Assembly (NCBI RefSeq): GCF_001194135.2
Contig: NC_068993.1
Coordinates: forward strand, 16,979,548 to 17,043,547
Direction: 5' to 3'
DNA from: Octopus bimaculoides
Lineage: Eukaryota
DNA length: 64,000 nucleotides
Every line of letters starts with the position of its first letter. Position 1 is the first letter of the stretch. The position numbers were made by a program, and so were the translations under genes. Positions 49,971-63,827 of this stretch are shown here, one piece after another. A model generated the notes under the pieces. The model made no database searches. It was not told the origin of the DNA and saw only the letters and a list, made by a program, of their open reading frames with translations.

Positions 49971-51435
49971 TTTATGGTAAGTTATTGGTTGTTTCGCGAA
50001 TAATGAATTTAATGTGAAACTGGATGTTACATACAGTTGTCAGTCTCAAGGCTCACAATTAGAACTCTGTTTCTTTTATACAGGGAGATTAGCTGTAATT
50101 TTTTCATTCATTATGTCAGTTGATTGTAGGTTAATGTATGCTGCCCATGAACAAAAAATCATTCAAACCAAAGATTTGAAAATCATGAATAATCAGTACA
50201 ATACTTTATTCTCTAATCATCATCATCACTTAACGTCCGCTTTCTTTACTGGCATCATATACATATATGTGTGTATATACATACCCTTTTATATACCTTT
50301 ACATTTGTATACCCTTTTCATTTGTACACCTATCTGTGTATTATATGTATATACATACATGTGTGTATGACAAAGAGCAAAATTAAAAAGACAGCACAAT
50401 TTGGACATGCTTTGGGTGTTGTCCTTCTATTGCCTTCTTCAGACTAAGTTCATATTTTTATAGCAGGATGTTCTACCTGTCACTAAAGCTCACTTCTTTC
50501 CAGGCATGGTAGTATTTCCCTCTTGTCTAGCAAACTATGAACAGTCCAAACATACTTTCACAGAAAATTGCTGACAGACAACATTTGTTTATATGAATGG
50601 TATGTGTGTGTGTGAATATATTTCATCAGCACACTAGTACATACACTGAAAATTACGCTTTATTGATGAGGTTAGAATAAAACTGAAATAAGTCCAGAGT
50701 TATCTGCTGTACTTGCCATAAAAATGAATGAAACTAACTATTAATTAATATTGTATTTTCCTCATCATAATGATTTCTTGGTAGCATTTTAATGATCACT
50801 ACATTAAATATATCACTAACTTCACTACCATCCAGTAAGTTTAACACACAATTTCAAATCACCAATTAAGTCTATAATATATTTTATTGACTCGTTATTT
50901 TGAACAGCCTGGAGGTGCACTCACATTTGGTGTGTATGTGTACATGGCTGTGAGCCTGCTGGAGTGGAGAATTGAGTAGGATGTTGGATGAGAAACAAGG
51001 AGCTGTTATATGTCACATTCCAATGCATAACACAAAGCCAGAAAGAACAATATCTCTTAATCATATCACTAATCTCTGTAGAATGCTTCAAAAATTATTA
51101 TGGTTTTGATTTTGATATCCAAAATATAAGTTGAAGCTTATTACTCAGCAGACTCTAATTATATAGCTAAAACATTCCTATTAATTAAGGATTTAATATC
51201 CAGTATCATCTCATCAGAGACAGAAAAATGCAATGAACCAATCCTATACTCTTCTACTTTTATACATACATCAAACACCACCACCAGTAATTCTATCACT
51301 GCAACACACATCATCCATATAAGGCTCTGAATGATATAGATATGTCACCATAGATTTTGAAGAATAAATATTCCGATTGATGAAAATTAAATTAAAAACA
51401 CTCTACAGGGAAAAAATGTGTCAGCTGCAATGGAG

Positions 51436-51487
<52 letters not shown>

Positions 51488-52314
51488 CACTGCCCAACTT
51501 CATGTATGTAATTGATTTAACAAGCAGTATATTGGCTTGCAGTGGTGAGTTTTGCTCCTGGAGATCTCTAGAGAAGCCACTTAACTATTCAGATGAAACT
51601 AATGGCTTCTTACCATGCACACTTTCCTCATGGCATCAGCTTTGGATTTGGTTACTGAAAACTGCAGCTGTGTGTTTACATGTGTATGCATCATCCCAAA
51701 ACTAACTTTTTGTGCACTCACACATACACATATATATGCATGGGTGTTAAACCCATCACACAAGTAAATGAGCAAGTCTCACTATGGTGGCTCAGTGGGT
51801 TCAAACTAGCCTCTAAATCTCTCTAAGATCATGCCTCACTCTCTTGGAAAAGAAAATATTTGATAATATTGGCCATGGTACAGTACTCCAGAAGGAAAAC
51901 AAAAAAGGTGCTATGATCATTGCTAGAATACCTTTGATCATTGGTCTGGCCTACCAAGATTGACTTGGGACTAAACATCAACAACTCCTCAATCAAAAGG
52001 TGACCACTACTGGATGGACACCTTCTAAGACTACATGGTGGCCTCACAACTCTCTCTCTGTATATGTGTGTATATATGCATTATCGTTGTTGTTGAACTC
52101 CAACTCAGTCTTGAGCAGGCAAACTTAGGATCACAACAGTGTCATCTATTATTTTCCCCCCCCTTTCAAGTAGTTAACTGACTACCCTATCAAATAAGTC
52201 CTCCCCCTTTATTAACTAAGACGTGATGTGGGTGTTGTTTGGCAACTGTTTTAGGTCAGCCCACTAGGTAGTGGCCTCTTTGTTGGCTCATATATCTGTG
52301 TATGTATATGTGTT

Positions 52315-52366
<52 letters not shown>

Positions 52367-52369
52367 TTT

Positions 52370-52690
52370 GTGAAGGCTTAGTGGTTAGGGTACTCCGCTC
52401 ACAATTGTAAGGTCATGAATTCAATTCCAAGGGTCATGTTGTGTTCTTGAGTAAGACTCTTTATTTCACATTGCTCCAGTCCACTCAGCTGGCAGAAATT
52501 AATAGTACCAGTATTTCAAAAGCCAGCCTTGTCACATTCTGTATCACACTGAATCGATCTGAGAAATATGTTAATAGTACATGTGTCTGTGGAGTGCTCA
52601 ACCACTTGTACGTTAATTTCACAATCAGGCTGTTCCATTGATCAGATCAACTGGAACTACTATCATCGTTGTAACTAATGGAGTGACAGA
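52370..52690 (+). mobile_element. tRNA-derived SINE family F
   Basis: Head GCTTAGTGGTTAGGGTAC...GAATTCAATTCC; central TGTGTTCTTGAGTAAGACTCTTTATTTCAC. Confidence 0.7.
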
Positions 52691-52724
52691 TTATATATGT
52701 ATATATATATAGAGAGAGAGAGAG

Positions 52725-52972
52725 ACCTTTGACAATATGCCGTGCTTGAGAAGACCTGTAAAGCCAAGTGAGATCATAGTTGTGGCCAATGTCGGTGTTT
52801 CATAATTGGCATGTAAAAAGCACCCACTACACTCTCAGAATGGTTGGAATTAGGAAGGGCATCAAGCTGTAGAAACCACTCTAAATCAGATTGAAACCTG
52901 GCGCAGCTTACCAGTTTTCAGTTAAACCATCCAACCCATGCCAACATGGAAAATGGGTGTTAAATGATGATC
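52725..52972 (+). mobile_element. SINE-like family C
   Basis: TGGTTGGAATTAGGAAGGGCATCAAGCTGTAGAAAC ... GGTGTTAAATGATGAT tail. Confidence 0.75.
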
Positions 52973-53652
52973 ACACACACACACACACACACACGCGCGC
53001 TCAGATATAGACATAAATGTACCACTGACCAGGGTAAATTGATACATCGTGTTTTTACAATTTAGTGAAAAGTATTGCCACAAGCTTCATCAACCAACAT
53101 TAAATGAAAGTCAATGTGAATTTTTCCACATTAAATATATTTATAACATTAAAGTCATGATGTGTAAAAATGTGGTGAAACTTCATGGGATTCAAATGTT
53201 TAGCATTTAACCACAATATCACATTGCAAAGTCCATCGACACACACAATGACAGTTTTCAATATGTAATGTAACGCTCAGAACATTAGCTTATTGTAAAT
53301 TCCTGTTTAAAATGTCCTTCTTGATGCATTAAAAAATATATATTTATGAGCATTTCAAAAATGGGGCAGTTTTAATGGAAAAAACAAAAAAAAAATAAAA
53401 AGAAATTCTATAGAGGTAATCCTCATTTGGTTGGTATTAAAAAGGTTAAAGTGTATTTTTCACAGTTATACAGAGTAAAAGATTACTAAAAGAGATATTT
53501 GGAATTTGTGACTTTGATGCTTTTTCCATAAATTTGAATTGTAATAATCCATGTAGAGTATATTCTGTCAGTTTTTAAATTATCAGATCGCTCTCATATA
53601 TACGATAACTTAATACTGTTCTTGTTGTTCAGCCCCAGAATATCTCTATTTT

Positions 53653-53685
<33 letters not shown>

Positions 53686-54434
53686 TTGCCCAGTTCCTGC
53701 ATCTTTTAGTCCATTTATTCTTTTATGTCTTTTCCCCACTTTCAAGACAGCAAGAGATATAATCTGAGTGAGATTCTACCAGGTCAAATGATCACGTAGC
53801 AGTTTTCTTTTTTCTTTTGCTGGTGCGACAGCTATTTCCATTGTGCTACTTGAAAGGACTTAATACTCCATTGCACCAGATTAAACAGCTGAACTATACA
53901 AGTATGAAGTCAAGTAGAAGGGGAAATACCAATAGAGAGTCAGTTGTACTAAGTAACCCCTGGATTGATTTCCTATGTTGTTTACATCTTAGTGGATAAA
54001 GCTATTTCAGGGAGTTGATTATCTCAGATAAGCCTCGTAATTCATACAAATATCCAAATTTGCTCAACCTTCCAAATATATCATCATCTTATCATCATAA
54101 GCAAATATAAATCATTAAACAACAAATTTAAACAAATACACACACATACAGAGGCACAGGCCTTTCTGTGTTTCTAACCATGTGATTTGGGGTTCAGTCC
54201 CACTGTGTGGCACCTTGGTCAAATATCTTTGAATGTTGCTGCCATCTGACAGTCACTGTAATAAAGGTATGCCTTATGAATGAAATTTGATAGATAGAAA
54301 CTGTACAGAAGCCTAGATGTGTGTGTGTATAAGTATATGTATACATACATATATACATAAGTGTGTGCGTATAATCATCATCATCATCATCATCATCGTT
54401 TAACATCTGCCTTCCATGCTAGCATGAGTGGGAC

Positions 54435-54470
<36 letters not shown>

Positions 54471-54488
54471 CACATACATACATACATA

Positions 54489-55620
54489 CAGGGGTTGGAC
54501 AAAATGATGGAAACACCTTAAAATTTCAAACAAATTTATTTTAATATGGAGTAGGACCCCCTTTGGCAGTAATTACAATTTGAATTCTATGAGTTATGGA
54601 CTCATACAAAATTTTAATTCTTTCCAAAGGAATTTTTGCCCATTCTTCAGCTAAAACAGTCTGCAGTTCTTGTAGTGATAATGGTAGAAAATAGCGACTC
54701 CTTACTTGCTTTTCTAAAATGCACCATAAATGTTCAATAATATTGAGATCTGGGCACTGCGGTGGTCAGATAAAATGTTCAACTTCCCTAGAATGTTCCC
54801 CGTGCCATTCAGTAACAACTTTAACTGTGTGAATTGGTGCATTATCATCCTGAAAGATTGCGTTTCCCTCCAGAAACAGTTCCACAACCATCGGATGAAT
54901 TTGATCCGGTAAAATGCTTAGTCTTGACTACTAATTCTGCCATGAAGGGAAACCATTGGGCTGGCGGATTTCCAAGATATAGCCCCCCAGATTCTCCTCC
55001 ATGTTTAACAGTTGGATGAAGGCGGTCTGGGTCAAATGCTTCTTTTGGTCGGAAATAAGGTTAAGGATGACTTGTCCAAGAAAATAACATTTTCCACTGC
55101 TCTAGGGACCAATTCTGTAAGTTTTTACTCCACTCTAATCACTTTGGAACGTTTGTTTTTGAAAGTAGTGGTTTTCTGATTGCAGCCCTCCCATGAAATC
55201 TGGCTTTGTGCAGCTCCTGGCGAACAGTTTTTGTAGAAACTGGGTTCTCGAGGTGATCATTAAGCTCTGCAGTAATTTGGGGAGCTGTACTTTTGTGATC
55301 TTTTCTAACAATTCATGTAAGAGTCCAATGGTTCTTATCTGAGAGTTTTGGTTTTCTTCTGGAGTTTTATTTCAAGGAGGAGGTTTTTCCCTCATTCTCA
55401 AAGGCTGTCATTACTTTCAAGATAGTACTTATTGATACACCAAATATTTTGGCTGTTTTCATTATGCTAGCGCCTGCCATACGAGCACCAACAATTTGAC
55501 CTCTTTGAAAGTCCAATAGATCTGTCATTTTAATGAATTTTAATTACCTTTTTCTGAGGATATCTGTAAAGAAACAACAATTTTAGCAAAACATATTAAA
55601 CAACACTAATAATAAAACAA
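54489..55620 (-). mobile_element. Tc1-like DNA transposon (DD36E type), one TIR visible
   Basis: TA|CAGGGGTTGGACAAAATGATGGAAACACC at 54487; transposase remnant on minus strand; second TIR not found. Confidence 0.9.
54541..55528 (-). pseudogene. Decayed Tc1-like transposase
   Basis: MTDLLDFQRGQIVGARMAGAS...PVSTKTVRQELHK...RKPLLSK...FQDDNAPIHT...PDLNIIEHLW...KGGPTPY*; several stops and frameshifts; 36 codons between D (54844-46) and E (54733-35). Confidence 0.9.
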
Positions 55621-55696
55621 AAAAACATAAAACTAAACAAGCTTTTGATGGTTTCAGTACGAGTAAAGGAATACATACGTAACAGACACACAGATA

Positions 55697-55916
55697 TGAA
55701 GGGGTGCTGTAAAGTTTCTGGCTTTAAGGGTATTGTGAAAGGCCCAGTTGGAAGCCCAACCTTCTGAGTTCTTTTACAAGGCTTACAAAAACTGAAGGAC
55801 CACTGCAATAAGTGTGTGAATCTGAGAGGGGAATATATGTTGAATAGAATCACAATTAACTGATCCTCCTGTATTTTCTTTTACCCAAAGCCAGGAACTT
55901 TTCAGCACCCCACTCG
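55697..55916 (+). mobile_element. Mariner-derived MITE, second copy
   Basis: TA-flanked, TIRs and interior collinear with 1188-1404; remnant QGLQKLKDHCNKCVNLRGEY. Confidence 0.85.
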
Positions 55917-56381
55917 TAGATATTAGATCTAAGAGAATAATATAATTATGTTTTTAGAAGAAATAAATATTCCTGTTTGGCATCTGAAACATTTCAGTTT
56001 GTTATGTAAGGTTATACCCACCCACCAGCTGCTAACAAGAGATAACGGCATCTTCTGATAATGCCATTGCATTTATTTTTATGAAAATTGACGCTGAGGC
56101 TATTTGAGAATATCTGTCTAGGATACAGCAAGAGATATAGGTGTCTATGATGGAAGCAACGAAAAATATGTATAAATGATTTATGTGTGTGCAGCTTTAA
56201 ACTTAGTTTTGTTTGTTTTTTGAAAGAAAAAGAAAGAAAAAACTCTCATCAGAGGTATTTACTCTGCTAGCCAGTCTCATTGTCTTTGGACATGGACTTG
56301 AGAAATTTGAATAATTGAATGATGCCAGTCAGTCATTGACTTTCTTTTTATTATGTGCATAATAATACTTGCAAAACACAT

Positions 56382-56422
<41 letters not shown>

Positions 56423-57109
56423 CTCTCCAAAAGTTTTATCTCTGCAGATACTACCTGGTGGTTTAAACTTGTTAATGTATTATTATTTTTCATTTCAGAC
56501 AATGTAAAAATAATAATACATTAATAAGTTTGAAGCACCAAGTAGTGTCCAGACAGATAAAGCAGTATAATGAGGGGTGTCTATTTACTTTTGAGCTCTG
56601 TGTGTGTGTATGTGTATATCTGCATCATCATTTAGCATTCATTTTCCATGCTGACAGGAGGTGGCTAGACAGAAGACTGCACCACGTTTCACTGTCTGCT
56701 TTGGCAGGGTTTTGCAGCTGGATGCCCTTCTGTTGTTTAAAGGCACAAAATGAAGTTGCTCTTACCTCAAGTTGAAATTGGAAACAACCAGCCAAATCAT
56801 TCAGCTGTAATCATATGTTGAGTCTGCGGATCCCTTGCCAGTTACGACCACTACACACAACTGCTAGCAACACATGACCTGCCTTACTCATAGACCCCGT
56901 AAGGAAGAGGCTGACTTGAACCTGTTGCTCACCATCATGACATCATCTCCTGCCCCTTCCAGTCCCTTTGCGATGTCCCTCTTTCTCCCTTCCTGTCAAT
57001 TATCCTTCCACCACACCTTCCTAACATCAACCATCTTACAGAATGGTCTTATATATGCCCAAGTGATTTTCAGACTGTTCTGAGACAAAGGTTGTCTCAG
57101 AACAACCTG

Positions 57110-57605
57110 CAGTCATTCACTAAAAGCCAGAGTGTCTAATGTCGACCTGTTTAACAAGTGTAATATTGATATAATCAAGAGCTTCCTTATTCAGCCACAG
57201 TTGCACTGGGCTGGTCATGTTGTACCCAAAGCTCTCATGTATAGTTAGCTTGATAGTGGGCACAGGAATGTTGGTTGACCATGACTCAGATATAAGGATG
57301 AGTTAAAGAGTAACTTCACAGCTCACAACACCTTTGAGCAGACAGCCTTGGAACAAACAAAATAGAGATCATCATGTCAAAATGGTATAAGAGACCATGT
57401 TACAACTAACATTAACAGGCAAAGGAGAAAAGCAGTTACAAATATACTGGCTCGCCCTGACCCATAATCCTCATATTTGCAACATCTGCCGGCTTTGCAA
57501 ATTGTTGGCAGGACTCAAATGACACATTTTGACAAAAGCATTATGACTGACAAAGAAAGTGTAGGTTGTCAGATCCTCATACATCAAAACCGACAAGAGA
57601 GTCTA
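57110..57605 (+). mobile_element. RTE-clade LINE 3' fragment, decayed
   Basis: RVSNVDLFNKCNI..IKSFLIQPQLHWAGHVV..PKALMYS*LDSGHRNVG*P*LRYKDELK...ICNICRLCKLLAGLK*H: RTE ORF C-terminus with terminal zinc-finger-like motif. Confidence 0.8.
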
Positions 57606-57769
57606 ACATATGTGCCCATGTGGTTAAGAAAATACTGCACAGTTCAGGAGTCATTCTAACTGCATGAGCATTGTCAGTTGGTGTCTTTTGCTACAGCAGA
57701 AGGCTGGCAAACATTTTGTAAGTGAAATATTATAGACAGAGACAAGAAGCTCCTGTAATGTTTGTGTGT

Positions 57770-58100
57770 GTGTGCGTGCATGTCCTCTCATCCCATCCCA
57801 CTGTTTTGACATGTGGGTGGCAATTGTAAACAAAAGCCATCATCATACAAACGGTGTCATTTGTTTGAAATTCTCTATGAAAGCATGTCCAGCCATTTGC
57901 AGTTTGTTCTTTGAAAGACTAAGGGAAATATCACAACACTTGGAAAAAGGTGAAGGTTGATGACAGGAAGGGTATCCAACTGTAGGAAAATCTGCCTTGG
58001 CAAGTTTTGTCTGGCCCATTGCAAGCAAGAGGGGAAAAAATGAACGTTATAATGGGGGTGATGATAGTAATTATGGTAATGATCATGATGATGATATGAT
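57770..58100 (+). mobile_element. SINE family A, (GAT)n-tailed variant, 3' half
   Basis: Body matches 31980-32230. Confidence 0.65.
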
Positions 58101-58739
58101 TTTGTTTGCAATTTATTTAACAACAGAATTCAAGTCAATCAATAACAAAGTGATGAGACTTTTTTTTTGTTGGAGTCAAGACAGTTCTAGGATTTGGGAA
58201 TATGTGAAAGAGTTAGTATATGCACATGTGTGTGTATGTGTGCATGAGTGTATATACATGGATATATTTGCACTCATGTGGTTGCGCAAGTCCTTTATCC
58301 CCTACAATGTTCCTATCCTGTACATACACACACATATATATACATACATATTTATACAGATACATATATATATACATAAATATAAATACATATATATATA
58401 TATATATGTATGTATATGGCTTGTTTTTAGAGTAATAAATAATACAGATACTATTTAAAATAATACAGATATGTTATTGCTTGTCTGTTATTTTACATGC
58501 AGTCTCTTACTGTTTGTCTGTTTGAGGAAGGAAATGGTGAGGATGATTTTCAAAACTCAAATGGCTGTAACGACTCCACAGAGAATTAAAGAACAACATC
58601 CATGTGTGTTGTGTATATACTTTCTGTAGAATGCTGAGGTCTTTAGACTTAAGAACATATTGTCCCCAATGTGCTAACCCAACAGAAAAAGGTTTTTCAG
58701 TGAGCATTAAAGCAAACAAAACAGTAGGGAAGGAGCAGT

Positions 58740-59005
58740 GTGTTTATATGTATGTATGCATATACATATATGCTTATGTCTGTTTGTATATGCTTGTGTA
58801 TGTATGTATATATATGTGCGTATGTATGTGTGTGTATATATATATATATATGTGTATATATATATGTATGTATGTGTATATATGTATGTATGTGTATATA
58901 TATAGTGTGTGTGCGTGTATATATATATGTATGTATATACATGTATGTATGTGTATATATATATATGTGTGTATATGTATATATATATATATATANNNNN
59001 NNNNN

Positions 59006-59073
<68 letters not shown>

Positions 59074-59416
59074 GTATACATGTATGTATATATATATATG
59101 CTTATGTTTGTATATGCTTATGTGTAGACATGTATGTATATATATATATGCTTATGTTTGTATATGCTTGTGTGTGTATGTATGTATATGTATATATATA
59201 TATATATATATATGTCTGTGTACGTATGTGTGTATATATACATATGTGTATATATATATATGTGTTTATATATATGTGTGTATATATGTACGTATATTTA
59301 TATGTGTGTGTGTGTGTATATATGTGTGTGTGTGTATATATTTATATATGGAATTACATATATATGTATGTGTATATATATATGTATGTATATATGTATA
59401 TATGTGTATATGTATA

Positions 59417-59458
<42 letters not shown>

Positions 59459-59460
59459 CA
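58740..59460. repeat. ~720-bp compound (TA)/(TG) microsatellite
   Basis: Nearly continuous purine-pyrimidine alternation; source of several spurious Y/I/C/V-rich ORFs. Confidence 0.95.
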
Positions 59461-60112
59461 TGTGGATGTATGTCAGTAACTCAGGGAGTCCCTAATGTTT
59501 TCTTTGAATGAAAGAAAATGCATTTTGTTGAACTCATAGTTTTAACAGCACATATAAAGCGTGTGCATGTATGGTTTATAACATGCCAAATATTATAAAC
59601 AGACTAACAACAGTTTTGATCTTTGCTTCTCATAGAAAATGAATAAATATGTGTTTTATAAAAGGTTCTATCATGAACAAATGTTCAGGATTGACATTTT
59701 TTTTTTTCTTTTTTTTTTGTCATAACAAATCAAATTTTTTGTTAAAATACTTTGAATCACTGAATGGTTGAGAACTGAACAGTTGCGTGACATTCATACT
59801 GCATAAAAAGCACACAGAAAAAATATGAAAAAAATTTCTTTAGTTCATATGAATAAAGTAAAAAATATATAGTCCCTTATTTTTATCATCATATATCAAA
59901 AAGAAATGCAAGTGAATAACTGATATCCTTACACAATAAGGCTTCAACTATTTCAAACAGATTTGTATATATAACAATTATATATAACATGTATATATAT
60001 ATAACAAAAATATATAACATGTATATATAACAATTTTTGTAGTTTATATATGTATACACATACACGCACAGACACAAAATTGTCTCATCGCATTGACTGC
60101 CTGAAAATCATA

Positions 60113-60152
<40 letters not shown>

Positions 60153-61503
60153 ATGTGTGTGATAATATACGTAAATATCGAACAATGATATATATATATC
60201 CTGTATGGTAATGCTTCAATTTGATCAGCTAAAAGTGTAGAGATATAGTGAAAACCACAAGACTTGTGNNNNNNNNNNNNNNNNNNNNNNNNNNNNNNNN
60301 NNNNNNNNNNNNNNNNNNNNNNNNNNNNNNNNNNNNNNNNNNNNNNNNNNNNNNNNNNNNNNNNNNNNNNNNNNNNNNNNNNNNNNNNNNNNNNNNNNNN
60401 NNNNNNNNNNNNNNNNNNNNNNNNNNNNNNNNNNNNNNNNNNNNNNNNNNNNNNNNNNNNNNNNNNNNNNNNNNNNNNNNNNNNNNNNNNNNNNNNNNNN
60501 NNNNNNNNNNNNNNNNNNNNNNNNNNNNNNNNNNNNNNNNNNNNNNNNNNNNNNNNNNNNNNNNNNNNNNNNNNNNNNNNNATAAGCCAGCTGGAGGAGA
60601 TGTCCTCCTGGGGCTAAAAGCAACAGTAACATCCACCCCTAGGGGTCAGCCACACTTAAGTGGCAATATACTACACTTTATCGTGCAGTTACTGTTAATA
60701 CTTCATTTAGAGAATTAACATATATATATATATATATATATAATGTATGTGTATATATAAACATAGATGTATGTTCGTGTATTTATATATACATACATAT
60801 ACAATTATATATATGCATGTATGTATGTCACATGTTTAACAACAAAAGGAGTAGACCTCAGTATTGTTGGAAACAGAAGACTAAATTTATTAAATGTATT
60901 AAACAAGTTTGCAACAGGTGAAGAACAGCAAGTATCAGATAAATTACTGTCAAGAAACTCAGAGTTCTGAATGCATGCCTGTACTATTTAAGAAATTATA
61001 TGTAAATGTATATAATATATAGGTGTTGATATGGCACCTTGGGCAAGTGTCTTTGATTAACATGAAGTTGTAAGAAAGTATGAGTGAGTTCTGATGGAAA
61101 TCCTAACATTTCATTAAAAGAATATCAGAAACTCCCTCATTATGCCACATCCACATGTAAAGTACCTTCTAATGATCTGTTAAGCATTTCAGAAATAACA
61201 GCTGAAGTACACTATTCCACTGAGAGGTGTTATTGTTTACATCTTATGTAAAATGTATGTAGTTTGCATGTTATATTAAATACATGTATGTTCAATATGT
61301 CGGTTATGTCATATACATTGTTTACATGAGTTTATGCAATGCCATTGTTTTCACTTCTGGTTTTACTTTCATTATTTTTAAGACAGGTTTCTTCCACATT
61401 TTTACAACCATAAACTGCACGTCAGCCATGTTTTTCACTGTGGCCCTGGGCTAAACAAAGCCTTGTGTGTGGATTTGGTAGGCAGAAACTGGAAGAAGCC
61501 TGT

Positions 61504-61542
<39 letters not shown>

Positions 61543-61685
61543 GGTCATGTGGAATTATTAATTTTCTTGGAAACAGGCGAGGATTGGTGCTGGGAAGAAT
61601 TTTCTGCCTCAATAAACCACATCGAACCCATGTAAGCATGGAAGAGTGGACATGGAAATGATAACAATATATACATATACATAAG

Positions 61686-62520
61686 GAAGCAAGCTGGTAG
61701 AATCGTTAGCACGCCAGGCGAAATACTTAGCGGTATTTCGTCTGCCACTACGTTCTGAGTTCAAATTCCGCCAAGGTAGACTTTGCCTTTCATCTTTTCA
61801 GGGTCGATAAATTAAATACCAGTTACGCACTGGGGTCGATGTAATCATCTTAATCCTTTTATCTGTCCTTGTTTGTCCCCTCTGTGCTTAGCCCCTTGTG
61901 GGCAATAAAGAAATAAGAACCATTAGCACACCAGGCAAAAAGGCTTAGCAACATTTCATCCATCTTTACGTTCTGAGTTCAAATTCTGCCAAGGTCAACA
62001 TTACCTTGTAACCTTTCAGAATCAATAAAATAAATACCAGCCATATACTTGGATCATTGTCATCAACTTAAACCCTCTCTTGAAATCGCTGGCTTTGTGC
62101 CAAAATTTGAAACCATTATTATAATTATCATGTAAAGCTGTGAGCTGGCAGAATCATCAGCATGCTGGACAAAATGCTTTGCAGCATATTGTCAGTCTCT
62201 ATAATACGAGTTCAAATTCCACTGAGGTTAACTTTGCCTTTCATCTTTCAAACTCAATGAAATAAGAACCAGTTGAGCACTGTGATCGATGTAATCAACT
62301 TACCTGCTTCCCCGAAATTACCGGCCTTGTACCAAAATTTGAAACCATTAATATAATTATTGCTTTGCAGCATTTTGTCAGTCTTTACGATCTGAGTTCA
62401 AATTCCACCGAGGTAAAATATGGGTTTGATGAAATAAGTACCAGTTAAGCACTGGGATCGATGTAATCGACTTACCTACTCCCTGAAATTGCTGGCCTTG
62501 TGCCAAAATTTGAAACCTAT
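61686..62520 (+). mobile_element. Head-to-tail array of four SINE family B units
   Basis: Units begin ~61686, 61920, 62140, 62362; the last three end in CCAAAATTTGAAACC. Confidence 0.85.
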
Positions 62521-62571
62521 TACATACACATACACTCCTACATGTATATATGCATACATTCAAGCATACAT

Positions 62572-63030
62572 AGGTGTAGGAGTGGCTGTGTGGTAAGTAG
62601 CTTGCTTACCAACCACATGGTTCCAGGTTCAGTCCCACTGCGTGGCACCTTGGGCAAGTGTCTTCTACTATAGCCTCGGGCCGACCAAAGCCTTGTGAGT
62701 GGATTTGGTAGATGGAAACTGAAAGAAGCACGTCGTATATATGTATATATATATATATATATATNNNNNNNNNNNNNNNNNNNNNNNNNNNNNNNNATAT
62801 ATATGTATGTGTGTATATGTTTGTGTGTCTATGTTTGTCCCCCCAACATCGTTTGACAACCGATGCTGGTGTGTTTACATCCCCATAAATTAGCGGTTCG
62901 GCAAAAGAGACCGATAGAATAAGTACTAGGCTTCCAAAGAATAAGTCCTGGGGTCGATTTGCTCGGCTAAAGGCAGTGCTCCAGCATGGCCACAGTCAAA
63001 AGACTGAAACAAGTAAAAGAGAGTAAAAGA
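62572..63030 (+). mobile_element. SINE family A, full length reference copy
   Basis: GGCTGTGTGGTAAGTAGC (A-box-like), GGTTCAGTCCC (B-box-like), internal microsatellite and gap, tail (GTAAAAGA)n. Confidence 0.9.
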
Positions 63031-63468
63031 GAAAAAAGAGTATACATGTTTAAGACCCAAATGTGTGTTTGTGTGTAAAAAATATAGTTAAGTGAATGGT
63101 TTAGCAACTTCTTCCATGACCAGCTTGTTACTACGATGATTCACACCAAGACGAGTATTTAAATGGCCATAATGTGATGTTTATAATATATCTCTATAGA
63201 TTTATTTCCTTACAATAACTACTGCTGCACTTCCATTCTATGCTAATGATTTATTGTTGTTAATTTTTTTTAATATTTTTTGTCAATGTTTAGCTCATAC
63301 TGACTCCGTGTGTATGTGTGCACTTTTGTGCATACAAATGTATGTGCATGTGACTGTGTGCATACATGATACTCTGTTTCTTATTTTCTCTGTATGTGTG
63401 TGTGTGTGTGTGTGTGTGTGCATGTGTGTGTGTGAATACATATGAATGTATGTGTTTATGTGTGTCTT

Positions 63469-63507
<39 letters not shown>

Positions 63508-63607
63508 NNNNNNNNNNNNNNNNNNNNNNNNNNNNNNNNNNNNNNNNNNNNNNNNNNNNNNNNNNNNNNNNNNNNNNNNNNNNNNNNNNNNNNNNNNNNN
63601 NNNNNNN

Positions 63608-63647
<40 letters not shown>

Positions 63648-63789
63648 TGATATATATGGATATATATATATGATACATATATATATATTTATATATATAA
63701 ATATTATTATGTATTACATATTCATACATGCATACGCACATCATGCATATATGTGTGTTCATATGACTAAGTGCTGTGTGCTTTGTATG

Positions 63790-63827
<38 letters not shown>

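Noticed and set aside
51592-51657. HFPHGI resembling the DGAT2/MOGAT HPHG motif
   Set aside because: Motif is imperfect, followed by a stop, and the implied intron is only ~48 nt.
58604-59511. Long ORFs (up to 291 aa) rich in Y/I/C/V/M
   Set aside because: Translations of (TA)/(TG) microsatellite; no coding complexity.
62572-62645. tRNA-like sequences at SINE heads
   Set aside because: A/B-box-like motifs run directly into SINE bodies; no complete cloverleaf, so not called tRNA genes.
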